Positions 1 through 14,531 are shown, numbered from the stretch's first letter. The stretch is DNA of 64,000 nucleotides from Octopus vulgaris (GCA_951406725.2 OX597831.1:32116001-32180000); one strand, 5' to 3'. The notes: generated by a model not told the origin, from the letters alone. Numbers and translations are program-made.

Positions 1-140
1 AAACGGGAAAATAAAACTTTGAGTAGCAGTTGTTGTGATATTTTTGCTTTTTTAATAAAGTGTGTGTGTATATATATATATATATATATGGAAAAAAAGT
101 CAAGATAGAAAATGCTAAAATAATTTTATAAAAAACATTT

Positions 141-176
141 CAGTACCGGTTTCAGTCATTGAGACTTTTTCAACTG
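141..176 (-). ncRNA. Minimal type I hammerhead ribozyme motif (U3:A8 core variant)
   Basis: The minus strand reads CAG-TTGAAAA-AGTC tcaat GACT-GAAA-CCGG-TA-CTG: helix I CAG/CTG, helix II AGTC/GACT, palindromic helix III ACCGGT, GUA cleavage triplet. Confidence 0.65.
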
Positions 177-221
177 TAACAATAAAATAATTAAATTTAG
201 AAAAATTAAAAGAAGAGTTTT

Positions 222-297
<76 letters not shown>

Positions 298-603
298 TAC
301 ATACAGACATACATACACACACAATCTTATATTAAAAATCACAAATCTTGCAAATAGCTACCCAGGGTTTCCTTGTTGAAATACTAATTTATTCTACCAT
401 TTATAAAACTGAAAGCAAAACGTTTTGTGGTTTACTCTCTTAGCTGATCAGGTGCTTTTCTACTCGTTGCAGCATTACCATATATATATATATATATATA
501 TATAACTAATGTAGGATAAAATCTTTTTTTGGAAAAATTTTTTATCAATGGCCAGCGCCAGCATATCAAAAAATACCTTTAAAAGTTAAATTTATCAATA
601 ATT

Positions 604-841
604 TACAAAGTAAGGGCAAAAGAAAAATTCTAATGCCAAATATGCCGAAAAAAACACAAAAATTGTCAATAACCATTATAATTTATGCGTCTCGAAACAA
701 ACTGATAGAAATTTCTAAACATGGATTTTTTTAGAAATTTCTATCGGTTTGTTTCGAGACGCATAAATTATAATGGTTATTGACAATTTTTGTCTTTTTT
801 TCAGCATATTTGGCATTAGAATTTTTATTTTGCCCTTATTT

Positions 842-845
<4 letters not shown>
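604..845. repeat. Fold-back palindrome, ~115-bp arms
   Basis: 604-719 is the near-perfect reverse complement of 730-845. It abuts (TA)n. Confidence 0.9.
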
Positions 846-876
<31 letters not shown>

Positions 877-1293
877 TATGTAAAAGTAAGATCCAAGGAT
901 CAAGGTGTAGGAAGTTATTAGGCTGTGAGCAATCCGTAGAAGGAATAGGAAAAAACTTCCAGGAACAATAGTAGTTTATTGAACAGAAAGTTGTAAATTT
1001 TTTGTGTATCAAAGTTTGATAAGCTGAAAGAATTGTTTTATAGTTCATGGTTAGCAGCAGGGGTTGATGTAAATGCAAATAGAAATCCAAATTTAGGGAA
1101 TTGAGAAGATAAAATCCAGGCAACATATGTTTCATAGTGAGCGGAACTTACTACATAAGTAGTAATTAGTGCTTGAGTAGCTAGCAGGTTAACCCTCATT
1201 TGGATAATTATTACTTCTGAGGTTCTGCTGGCTATGAAACATGTAACCTGGATTCTATCTACTCCATTCCTGAATTTTGTATTTATATATATA

Positions 1294-1438
<145 letters not shown>

Positions 1439-1842
1439 TTTTGCATAATAAGATAAAAAAACCCAAAGCTTTATAGATATTAGAGCATTTATAGATAGGT
1501 CTTACAGCTCTAATATCTCTACAGCCTTGGTATTTTATCTTATTATGCAAAAAAAATTCTTATATACACATGCTGACATAGAACCAATGTTGAACCATTT
1601 ATTCGCAATATTACCAAATCTGGAACTTAACTAAGGTCTGTCTATAGCACTTATTCAGCATTACCTGACACCTTTGGGTCTCAATGACACCATATATATA
1701 TATAATACCTGACACCTTTGGGTCTCAATGACACCATATATATATATAATTACAAATATATATATATATAAATGTATATATATAGATATAAATACAAATA
1801 TATATATGTATACATACCTGTGTGTATGTGTGTGTGTGTATC

Positions 1843-1850
<8 letters not shown>

Positions 1851-1878
<28 letters not shown>

Positions 1879-2160
1879 TGTGTACAGTACTCAGGTGCAC
1901 TACAACTCATCTAAAGTGTATATATAATCAGGTGTAGTTTCGGCGGATTTCGGAAAGCATGAGGGCCTTAAAGGATGCAGTGTCATGGCAGTCAACAACT
2001 GATGCAGGCAGTTTATTCCATGCTTCAGCAACTCTGAGCGTGAAAAAATGTTTCCGAAAGTCATGGGAGCTGTGTTGTTTTCTGACTTTGTAGGCATGTC
2101 CATGTGTGTTAGACACATGGAGATCAAAAAGGTATTCAGTGTTGTTGTTGGTGAGGTATT
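1851..2160 (-). mobile_element. Second CR1 3' end of the same family, inverted relative to 2232-2960
   Basis: Encodes NTHGHAYKVRKQHSSHDFRKHFFTLRVAEAWNKLP, with the same 3' tail and an (ATT)n run. Confidence 0.88.
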
Positions 2161-2231
2161 TAACTTGTAATTTGATGCAGTAAAGTGTTCCCTGAAGATC
2201 CTTTGTGGCTGAGCATCTAAATGCACTTGAA

Positions 2232-2960
2232 ATATCCATTAGTGATTTGCGTTGGACAAAACACATCGCTAAAATTGCCAAGAAGGCTGAGGGTGTCTTG
2301 GCATCACTCACCAAGTCCTTTGTGAGCCCCTCTCCGGCTATCTATCTGCTGCTTTATATAGCTATGGCAAGACCTCACCTGGAATTTGCATCACCGGTCT
2401 GGAACCCCTATCTTGCCCAGGATATTAATCGTCTGGAAGCCGTTCAGCGACGTGCAGCCAAAAGAATACCCTCCATCAGGCATTTGCCATATTCTGAACG
2501 CCTTACTTCCCTGGGCATGGACACATTGAAACTCCGACATCTGGCAGCTGACTTGGCAGACACCCATAAAATTATTAATCATCTTACAAACAATAACTCT
2601 GAGCACCTTTTCAAACTCCACCCGTCTAACACCCGTGGACATATTTACAAAGTCAGAAAGCAGCACAGCTCCCATGACTTTAGGAAACATTTTTCACGCT
2701 GAGAGTTGCTGAAGCATAGAACAAACTGCCGGCATCAGTTGTTAGTTGTCGGAGCACTGCATCCTTCAAAACTTCCATGCTTTCTGAGATTCGCCAACAT
2801 TACACCTGATTTTCTCCCCTCCATACACACACAAGCATGTATCTGACACATACATTGTTCGCTTTCCAGACATTTGTACATTACTGCATATACTTTATAC
2901 GCACTTTCTGACAAGTTGTGGTGCACCTGAGCACTGTATACAATAATTTCATTATTATTA
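2232..2960 (+). mobile_element. CR1-clade LINE 3' fragment (RT C-terminus, frameshifted) with (ATT)n tail
   Basis: ORF 2205-2702 contains RPHLEFASPVWNPYLAQDINRLEAVQRRAAKRIP...YSERL...TRGH. The tail is GCACCTGAGCACTGTATACAAT..attattatt. Confidence 0.9.
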
Positions 2961-3038
2961 TAAATGACTATAATTGTGGAAAGCACAGAGAAACTATAAA
3001 TACACATCCACACACACACACACATACACACACACACA

Positions 3039-3236
3039 TGAAGGGTTACTGAAAAGTTCCTGGCTGTGGGTAAAAGAAAATACAGGAGGATCAGTTAATA
3101 ATGATTATATTCAGCATATTCCACTCTCAGATTCACACACTTATTGCAATGATCCTTCAGTTTTTCTAAACCCTGTAAAAGAACTTGGAATGTTGGGCCT
3201 CCAACCAGACCTTTCGCAATACCCTTAAAGCACCCC

Positions 3237-3237
<1 letters not shown>
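3039..3237 (+). mobile_element. Mariner-type MITE copy (right TIR partly deleted)
   Basis: Colinear with 9592-9804. Confidence 0.65.
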
Positions 3238-3306
<69 letters not shown>

Positions 3307-3370
3307 TGATAAAACGGTAAGATGGCAAAAGAAAGAAAGAGACCTCAATATTATGTAAATAGAGGAAATT

Positions 3371-3475
3371 TATCTATACAATAATATGTTACATTACTCG
3401 GTAGTCAAGATAAAACTCTGAAACTCAGAGTTTTATCTTGACTACTGAGTAATGTAACATATTATTGTATAGATA
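3371..3475. repeat. Fold-back palindrome, 50-bp arms, 5-nt loop
   Basis: Only one mismatch between the arms. Confidence 0.92.
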
Positions 3476-3505
3476 TATATATATGCATATATATATATAT
3501 ATATA

Positions 3506-3580
<75 letters not shown>

Positions 3581-4158
3581 TTGTGCAGAGGTACAGGTGT
3601 GGAAGTGTGGTTAAGAAGTTTGCTTTGCAACAGCATGGTTTTAAGTTCAATCCCACTGCATGCCAATTTGGGAAAGTGTCTTTTACCATAGTCCTGGGTC
3701 AACCAAATCTTTGAGAAGAAATTCAATAGAAACCCATCATACATGGATAAATGTGTGTGTGTGTATAAGTAGAAGAGTGTGAACATGTGAATGTGAGTGT
3801 GTGTGTGTGTGAATATATATATATATATATAAGTATATGTGTGTGAGCATGTGAGTGTGTGTGTGTGTGCATGTGAGTGTCTCCATGTCTTGACATCGCA
3901 TGACAGCTGTAAATGAGTGTCACTGTCATACAAGCAGTGTCATTCATTTCCAGGTTTCTGCATAGAACATGTCTGGCCATGGGTGAATATTACCTTGTTA
4001 GGAAACAGGTGAAGGTCAGCAACATGTGGCTGTAGAAAATTTGCCTCAATAAACTCTGTCCAACCCATGCCGGCATGGAAAACTGGATGTTGAAAATGGT
4101 AATGATAATGAAGACGATATATAATGCGATATGCAACAAATAAGTTTGTGTCTGTACG

Positions 4159-4189
<31 letters not shown>

Positions 4190-4494
4190 GCGCACACACA
4201 CACACACACACAAGTGAAGGTGCGTGACTTAGTGGTCAGGGCATTCAGCTCACGATTGTAAAACAATTTATTTTATGTTGCTCCAGTCCACTCAATTGGC
4301 AAAAATGAGTTGTAGCTGTATTTGAAAGGGCCAGCCTTGTCACACTCTGTGTCACACTGAATCCCCCAGAGAACTATGTTAAGGGTACATATATCTGTCG
4401 AGTGCTCAGCTACATGCACGTTAACTTCACAAGCAAGCTGTTCCGTTGATTGAATCAGCTGGGACCCTCGTCATTGTAACCAAAGGAGTTCTCC

Positions 4495-4576
<82 letters not shown>

Positions 4577-4647
4577 ATATATGTATATATATATATTATA
4601 TATATATATATGTATGTATATATATGTATATATATATATATATATAT

Positions 4648-4967
4648 AAAACTTAGAAAAAAACCACCTTTAATCAATTCAAAATGAACAATCAAATTAC
4701 ACCATCTAGAAAATTACATATAATAGAAATATTAAAATTAAAATAACAATAATATACCGATGATTAAGTAAATTGCAAAAAAATAATAAAAACATATATA
4801 ATTTTATTCTACCAATTATATGTTTTTATTATTTTTTTGCAATTTACTTAATCATCAGTATATTATTGTTATTTTAATTTTAATATTTCTATTATATGTA
4901 ATTTTCTAGATGGTGTAATTTAATTGTTCATTTTGAATTGATTAAAGGTGGTTTTTTTCTAAGTTTT
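4648..4967. repeat. Fold-back palindrome, ~150-bp arms, embedded in (TA)n
   Basis: AAAACTTAGAAAAAAACCACCTTTAATC... versus ...GATTAAAGGTGGTTTTTTTCTAAGTTTT, with few mismatches. Confidence 0.92.
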
Positions 4968-4993
4968 ATATATATATATATATATACATATAT

Positions 4994-5068
<75 letters not shown>

Positions 5069-5362
5069 TTCAGTTTCTCTTCACTGTTGGTATGTAGAAC
5101 AAAATTATATACATGAGCGCATGTGTGTATTACGTATTGAATGATATATGACCACACACACACACACATACAGGTTATACAAAGACAGAAAAGCAGGCCA
5201 AACAAAAAAAAAAAAAGAAAAAACAAAAACAAAACTCCATTCAAAAATATTTACCATATTCAGAAATCTAAGATGCAATTTCATCTCAGAGTTCCTGTAT
5301 TTTCCTGTCATTCTTGCAAATAATATCAAGACTATTTTAACATACATATGATATATATAATG

Positions 5363-5400
<38 letters not shown>

Positions 5401-5753
5401 AGTATATGTATGGGTGTGTATGTATGTGTATTTTATGGGTTTATGTATATGTGTATTTATGTATGTGTGTGTTTATGTTCGGACACAGTGTTACGGTGGA
5501 AGAGGTTTTCAAGTCAAAGACAGCCAACAACAATTCCTTCACCGATTCCTCAGAAATAAAAGTTATTCCACAGTTCTGTCTCTTGACTTGCATTGTTGTT
5601 ACCGTAAGCTCCACTCTGCAACTACTGCTGCTGCTGCTGCTGCTGCTGCTACCACCACAACTACCAACACCACTGCTGCTGCTACTCCTACTACTATCAA
5701 CACCACTATTACTACTGCTCCATGTTACACATACATAGTTACACCCACAGTCA

Positions 5754-6010
<257 letters not shown>

Positions 6011-6373
6011 TAGAGAAAGAGAGAGGGGGGAAATACCCTAAAAATAAAATATATAAAAAACAAAAACAATAAAAATGTCATTCTTGGCAGTTGAAAGGTT
6101 GACAGAATTGACCCCCACATCTAGTTATTACAAGTTCCTGTCAGTCACACATATATGTGTGTGTGTGTGCATATATGTTTATATTTACGAGTATGTGAGT
6201 GTATATGTTTATATGCATGAGTGTGTGTATGCACCTGTTAATTATACACACACCAACAAACGCATATACAAGACCTTGTAAATGAAATTTTATTCACATG
6301 TACATACTTCAGAATGTACTGACTCGTACAGAGACACACAATCCTACGCATTTGCACACAAAGATTTCTACAT

Positions 6374-6406
<33 letters not shown>

Positions 6407-6525
6407 CACAGACACACACACACATATAGGCACATATATACATAGACACACACACAGACATATATATAGACATATACATACAAAGACACTCCCATATATA
6501 TAGACATATACATACAAACACACAC

Positions 6526-6568
<43 letters not shown>

Positions 6569-6661
6569 CACACACACATATAGACACATATATACATAAA
6601 CACACACACAGACATATATATATATAGACATATACATACAAACACACACCCATATATATAT

Positions 6662-6706
<45 letters not shown>

Positions 6707-6772
6707 TATATATAAATGCATACACATATATACACTTACATGTATATATAAACATATATATATACATATATG

Positions 6773-7076
6773 TGGAGGCGCAATGGCCCAGTGGTTAGGG
6801 CAGTGAACTCGCGGTTGTAGGATCGCGGTTTTGATTCCCAGACCGGACGTTGTGAGTGTTCATTGAGCGAAAACACCTGAAGCTCCACGAAGCTCCGGCA
6901 GAGGTTGGTGGCGATCCCTGCTGTACTCTTTCGCCACAACTTTCTCTCACTCTTTCTTCTGTTGGCCTGCTCGCTTGGCCAGCGGGGTGGCGTCATTTGA
7001 AGGCTAAAACAATGCAAAGCCCATTGTGACCAGCCATGTGTAGCAACATCTGATAGCCTGGTCGGTCACGGTATCA
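6773..7076 (+). mobile_element. tRNA-derived SINE with the same head as 37117 and a different tail
   Basis: Head GGAGGCGCAATGGCCCAGTGGTTAGGGCAG; tail ...ATCTGATAGCCTGGTCGGTCACG. A partial copy lies at 8632-8812. Confidence 0.85.
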
Positions 7077-7280
7077 CAGTATCATATATACATACACATA
7101 TACATACATATATATGCATATATATACATACATATGTATACACATATATAATACATGTATATATATATATATATATACATACACATATACATACCTATAT
7201 ATGCATATATACATACATACATATATGTATATAATATGTATATATACATGGATGTGTATACATATACACATGCATATATC

Positions 7281-7318
<38 letters not shown>

Positions 7319-8500
7319 CATATGCATACATATATATACATACATACATATGCATACATATATATACATACATACATATATATGCATACATATATATACA
7401 TACATATGCATACATATATATACATACATACATACATATATGTATATATACATACATATGTATACATATACATACATACATATATGTATATAATATGTAT
7501 ATATAAATACATATGTATACATATACATACATACGTATATATACACACACACATACACACACACACACATACATACACATACACATACATATATATATTT
7601 CAATACTTTTTTTTTTGTTAAGACTTTCTCACTGTTCACTTCCTGTGCGTATTCTCTTCACTGCAGTTTTAGTTGCTTTTTCTAATGAACAGTAGAGCAG
7701 CACCTGAGCACTGCATACAATAGCTTCATTATATAATACACACACACATGTACCACATATAGATATATGGATATAAAGACGTGTGTGTATACATGAATAT
7801 ATTATATACACAGATGTAGGTTATGAAAACACTCTTTCCATAAGCCACTCTAGTCTGTTCCGAGGTAAACCATTCAACAATTACAGGAATAAATCACTTC
7901 CCAACAGTAACATCCACATTAAACATTTGAAGAATTTTTATCTAAAATAAATTAATAAATTTCTAAAATTAAAAAGTTTTCCTTGGTGGGATTTGAACTC
8001 ACAATGTAAAGATCCGAAACAAACTGATTCAAAGCGAGAAAACTGATTCTGCGAACCTATTGACTTCAATAGATAACTCTTTCTAATTTTGGCACAAGGC
8101 CGAGCAATCTTGAGAGGAGGGGTTTTCAATTACATCAACCCCAGTACATGACTGGTATTTTATCGACCCCCAAAAGAATGGAAAGCAAAGGTGATCTCAA
8201 AATGTAAAGAGAGGTAAGGAACAATGTGGTTGCTTCCCAACCACATTGTTCCTGGTTCAGCTCCAATATGGGGTACCTTGGGCAAGCATCTTCTGCTATA
8301 GTCCCAGGCTGACCAAAGCCTTGTGAGTGACTTTCATAAATAGAAACTAAAAGAAGCCTATTGTGTATGCATATATATATATACACTACTTGAACAAAAC
8401 TTGACTTAAACAGGATTCGAATAATCCTGTCAGGTGGTGCTATTAAGTTAGACATGGCCTGGACCAATCTTTGGTCGAAACATATCTAAGTTATCTAAGT

Positions 8501-8548
<48 letters not shown>

Positions 8549-9039
8549 TGCATACATACATATCTATATATAGCTTTGAAGAAAGTCTTGTGTGTGTATG
8601 CATGTATGTATGTATGTGTATGTGCATACATGAGTGTTTATTGAGCGAAAACACCTAAAAGCTCCATGAGGCTCCGGCAGGGGGTGGTGATCCCTGCTGT
8701 ACTCTTTCACCACTCTTTCTCTCACTCTTTCTTCTGTTGGCCGGCTTGCTTAGCAAATACATTGTGACCAGCGATGTGTAGCAACATCTGATAGCCTGGT
8801 CAGTCACGTGATATATATATATATACACAAACATATATATATATCACAAACATACATATATACATATGTATGGCGGGGTCCTTTCAGTGTCTGTCTACCA
8901 AACCCACTCACAAAGCTTTAGTTAACCAGGGGCCATAGTAGAAGATACTTGCCCAAGGTGTCAAACAGTGGGACTGAACTGAACCCAGAACCATGTGATT
9001 GGGAAGCAAGCTTCTCACCACACACACAATGTGTATATA

Positions 9040-9094
<55 letters not shown>

Positions 9095-9095
9095 G

Positions 9096-9322
9096 TTAAC
9101 CCTTTTGTTACCGTATAAATTTTGAAATGCTCTGTGTTTCTTTCAATTACTTTAAATATAACAAAGAATTTAGTAAAATAACTTGTTATAATTAAGCTAG
9201 TGTTAGGGACATAAATTGTGACAAAGGTTTGGTGGAAGATTTTAATTCAAAACTTAAGAAAACAAGACATTTGTACTCAAAGCCAGTGCCAGTTTCAGCC
9301 GGGTTGGTGATAGAAGGGTTAA
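9096..9322 (+). mobile_element. piggyBac-like MITE family 1 (TTAA|CCCT...AGGG|TTAA)
   Basis: TTAA at both ends and CCCTT termini. Other copies at 17938-18167, 18191-~18595, 61945-62174 and 62191-62419. Confidence 0.75.
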
Positions 9323-9549
9323 GAAAAAGCAAGCATCCAGAGGGTTTGAATAAAATCTTTTATGATATTTGTTCTGTCTGAGTTGCAGAGACAATCCCTT
9401 ACCAGTCTGGCCATTGTTAATACTATGAACCACTGACTGACCCATCAGAGTCTTGCAACTTACGTCTGTGTTGTCCACAAAATGTAATATAAAAATATAT
9501 AAGTTAAATACACAATGCACACACATACACATGCATATACATACATGTG

Positions 9550-9586
<37 letters not shown>

Positions 9587-9591
9587 GTATA

Positions 9592-9804
9592 TGAGAGGGT
9601 GTGGAAAAGTTCCTGGCTTTGGGTAAAAGAAAATACAGGAGGATCAGTTAATTATGATTTTATTCAACATATTCCCCTTTCAGATTCACACAATTATTGC
9701 AGTGGTCCTTCAGTAATTGTAAACCTTATAAAAGAACTTAGAAGGATGGGCCACCAACCAGACCTACCACGATACCCTTAAAGCCAGGAACTTTTCAGCC
9801 CCCA
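9592..9804 (+). mobile_element. Mariner-type MITE (~210 bp)
   Basis: TIRs GAAAAGTTCCTGGCTTT and AAAGCCAGGAACTTTTC. A second copy lies at 3039-3237. Confidence 0.7.
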
Positions 9805-10082
9805 CAAGTCATAGATATATGTGTGTGTGTATGTATGTGTATATATATATATATGTGTGTGTGTGTGTACTTACATATGTGATTTTATATATATATATAT
9901 ATATATGCATACACGCACACACATGTAAGTATGTAGTACACACACACATATGTATGTACATAAACGCATCCCTATGTGTGTGTATATATGCAGGTATGTA
10001 TGTATCTACCTATTCAAGTATATATATATATATATGTATATGTATGTAAATGCTGTCAAAGTTTGAAATTAAAACATCTCAC

Positions 10083-10133
10083 CCGGCCAGTGTCACTTGT
10101 CACAATTCTTTTAAATATCTTTCTGGTTTCCAT
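10083..10133 (-). CDS. Candidate alternative first coding exon (METRKIFKRIVTSDTGR)
   Basis: Start context aaagtATGG, an in-frame TGA upstream, then 17 codons ending CGG|gtgaga in phase 0. It lies in non-repetitive sequence. Confidence 0.45.
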
Positions 10134-11821
10134 ACTTTGTTTGACACAAGGAAGTTGATATCAGTTTCTCTGCTAGAAACAGTTCTTAGAAACAGGAGAT
10201 GTCTGTGAAATGGCTATGCAAGCATCTGTGTCTGTGCCTGTTACGTGTGTGCTAGCACGTGCGCGTGTGTGTAGGTGTAAAGTTCAGCGTTGGCCTTGAG
10301 GTCTGGCCTCATACTTCAAAACTAAAGTGTTTGAGGAACTTTTAATGTTTAAGGAGAAGACGTGATTAAAAATAATTTACAGGAACACAGCCAAAACAAG
10401 CAAACAAATAAATATTTAAGGAAATACATAAAGAAATAGACAAAAAAAAAATGAAGTAATATTTAAAAAAAAAAAATAGACATAATTGCTGTATAAAAAT
10501 AGACAAGATTGCAGAAATAAAAAAACACAAACAAATACTACATGCGCTTGAAAGTTAATTAGATAAGGAAGACAGAATGTAAACATAATTATTATGCTGT
10601 AATTAAGTTAATATTAACATAACTAATTACAGACAGCGTTAAAATAACTAACGACAAAGAAATATACAAGACCTCCCCCACCACTGCTATTATCACCATA
10701 TGTCTGGTAAAAATCATGTTTTTCTCTGCATGCAAAGCCTCCCACCATGGGTCAGAGTTGGGTGAAGTTTCTGTGCAGAGTCAACAGCTGCCCCTTGCAT
10801 GTCAATGTCCCCCTCTTCATGTCATTGGTATTGCAAAGGGAAGGGTAAGGGATATAAATGTTGTCATAGGTGTTGCTGTTATAGTACCAAGGGCATCAGC
10901 CAACACCACAAGGTATCTTATCTAACACTTTCACCAGTCAACTACTCTGGATTGATACTAGTTTATTTACAGACCCTGGAGAGATGAAAGGAAAATTTGA
11001 CTTTGGCAGGATTTGAACTCAGAACATAAAGAATCAGAATAGATACCACAAGGTATTTTGCCTGATGCTCTAACGACTCCAGCCAATTGACATAGACTGT
11101 GGTGAGAAATACAGGTGGTTGTACTGACTGCAGTACTTAACTGGTATTTTAACAACCCCAGGGAGATGAAAGGCAAAGTTCACCTCAGTGGGATTTGAAC
11201 TCAGAATATAAAGTCAAAACAAATAGAAGGTATTTTATCGGAGACTCTTACAATTCTTACACTCTATGACCTTTGATAATAATTCTTTTAAATTTTGGGA
11301 GAAGGCTAACAATTTTTGAGGGGCAGGGTAAGTCAATTACTTGAACCCTAGTGCTCAACTATTACTTTATTTCATCAACCCTAAAAGGACTATCTTTGAT
11401 GGGGTTTGAACTCAGAATGTAAAGCACCAGAAAAATGCTGTAAAGCATTGTCTGATGTGCTAATGATTCTGGCAGCTTGCTTCCTTGATAATAATTCTTC
11501 ACAATTTTGGCACAAGGCCAGCAATTTTGAGAGAGAGCAGGAGCAAGTTGATTAAATTGACCCCAGTGTTTCACTGGTACTTAATTTTATCGACCCCAAA
11601 AAGATGAAAGGCAAAGTTAATCTTGGAAGTATTTGGACTCAGAACATAAAAATAATAATAATCCTTTCTACTATTGGCACAAGGCCTGAAATTTTGAGGG
11701 AGGGGTCTAGTTGATTTACATCGACCCCAGTGTTTCACTGGTACTTAATTTTATTGATCTCAAAAGGACGAAAGGCAAAGGTGACCTCAGTAGAAATTGA
11801 ACTCAAAACATAATAATGATG

Positions 11822-11872
<51 letters not shown>

Positions 11873-14494
11873 CTGATTATGATTTCTGTTGATTAAATAT
11901 TGGTTGAAGCTTTGTGTGTAATGGAACATAACTTATTAATACATGTCTGATTGGTTCATATGAAATGTGATGAGCCAATAAAACAGTCAACAGGAAGGTC
12001 ATCCCTTCATCCACTGCCCAAACCATGACTGTGATGGGTTCTTAATAATTCACAATGATTATCACACCTGGCACTAATTTAAGTGCCACTGAATGTGTGT
12101 ACCTTTGTAAGTAGCTAACCCTTTAAATAGGTACCCCTGTATGCAGGTACAGCTATAAGCAAGTACCACTGAAACAAAGTGCCACTGGAAGTAGGTGCCT
12201 CTTTAAGTAGATACCTCTGGATGTAGGGGTCCCTATAAATAGGTACTCCTGTAAGTAGGTACTGCTATAAGTAGCACGGAAAGTAGGGCCCAGAATTTTG
12301 AGGAGAGAGGGCTGATTGTATACATTGACTCCAGTGTTTAACTAGTAATTTACTTTATAATCCTGACAGGATGAAAGGCGAATTTGCAGATTGGTACCAT
12401 TGTATGTAAGTATCACATTACATATATATATATATATACCACTATAAACCCTTTCTACTATAGGCACAAAGCAACCGGTACTTATTTTATGAACCCCAAA
12501 AGAAAGATAAAAGGTAAAGTCAACCTCGGTGGAATTTGAACTCAAATCAAAAATAGACGAAATGCCACTAAGCATTTTGCCTGGTGTTCTAACAGTTCAG
12601 TCAGCTCGCCACTTTTACATACAGCTATAAATAGCAACAGCATCGTAAATAGGATGTGGTCCATCCTTTTACAATATGGAGTCCAACTTGTCCCTACTAG
12701 CCACTAAGCCTCTTCCCCACCCATCTATAGTTAAATAACTTCACATTACCTTACAGTTGCCCCATAAACTAGAAAAGGCTAAGAGAATAAACTTTAGCAT
12801 AATATCAAGAGATAGGAACCCTTAAAGTTTGGTTAGTCTGTCAGTAAGAAGCCCACAGCTGCTGTCATTTCATTGGTTAAACATATTTTTGAACTGCACA
12901 AGCAAGATCAAGAAAATGGTTCTAAAATTTGGATAACCCATGGTTCCCAAATAAGGTTTAAGTTCACATCATGTAATCTGTAAGCAATCTTTCAGTTTCC
13001 ACTTTTTGATTTGTTTTGTTTTGTTTATCTTTTAGTTGGGTGGAGGAGACAGTTCCCATGATCCTTTGCAGAGTGTCTGAAACTTGGGTGGCGAGGGAGA
13101 CATTCTGAAAGTGGAGACCTGAATGGACTCTGTTAAAAGTGCCACCAGAATTTTTCCCCAAGGGGAAAGGCTGCAAACTTTAGCTGATACAACTAGGCAC
13201 CAGTGTCATTGCAGATGTTTGCTGTCATAATGCAAAGACCCAGAACTGATAGCACAAGAAATCTTGTCCAATCTTCTAACCATTCTCTTAATCTATCATC
13301 CAAGATTGGTACTTTTTTTTTTATCAATCTCAAAAAAAAGGTACCAAAGATGGGCAAACTTGACCTCAGTGAGATTCATGCTCAGAACATAAGGAGTCAC
13401 AAGAAATACCACAAGGTATTGTCTCAAAGACTCTCACCATTCCACCAATCCACCATCTTTACAATTCATTTCCTTCTCTGAGACAGTCCTTCAAAGTTCA
13501 AAGTGTCTTTGGAATGAAACCAAAAAGTCTTTTATCTTCAACTTGTTTCAATCATTGGACAGTGGTCATGCTTAAAGCGTTTAATCAAACAAATCAACTC
13601 CAGTATTTATTCTGTGGGCTTCTTCTTTTGCTGAACTGCTAAATTATGGGGACATAAACAAACTAACACCGGTTCTCAAGTGGTGGCAGGGAACAATCAC
13701 AAATACATGTATGAATCGATATAATTTTCCACATAGATTTTGTCTGTGAAATTTACTGTCAAGGCATTGGTCAGCCTAGGGCTATAACAGAAGACACTTG
13801 CTCAAGGTGCCACGGAGTGGGACTGAACCCAGGACCATGCGGTCAAGCAAGTTAACCCTAACCACACAGCTATACCTGCAAATGTCTAAAGTGTTTCCAG
13901 AATTTTCCATATTATTGGAAACATTTTATGGAATCTGATTATTGTGGGGTTCAGGAGTAGATGTGTGGTTGAGAAAGCTGCTTCACAACCATAGGACCCG
14001 GAGTTCAATCTCATTGCATTGCTTCTTGTTTAAACCAGCGGTTCTCAACCATCTTTTCACCTATCGACCTCTCTGGTCCCTATTTTACTCAAAGGGATCA
14101 CAATGACCATTTAATGTTTAAAAAATCTTATTATATTTTTAGAATTAAATATTATTAGGAATTGTACAAAAAGAATTATTTAAGCACAGCGTGGCTGTGT
14201 GGGAAGAAGCTTGCTTCTAAACCACATGGCTCCGGGTTCAGTCCCACTGCGTTACATCTTGGGCAAGTGTCTTCTATTATATCCTCAGGCCGACTGAAGC
14301 CTTGTGAGAGGATTTGGTAGAGAGAAACTGAAAGAAGCCCATCATATATACATACATACACACACATATATATATAAATACATATACATACATATATATA
14401 TATATACATACATATATACATATATACATATACATAAATATATATTTATACATATACATACATATATAATATATATTTAATACATATATACACA

Positions 14495-14531
<37 letters not shown>

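Noticed and set aside
8445-8492. GACCA-atctt-TGGTC-GAAACATATC hairpin as a hammerhead
   Set aside because: There is no CUGANGA or UUGANAA box, so it is at best a remnant.
12080-12280. Degenerate short repeats (also 19390-19570, 23085-23220, 53950-54185)
   Set aside because: They look like old minisatellites, with no spacer structure or coding signal.
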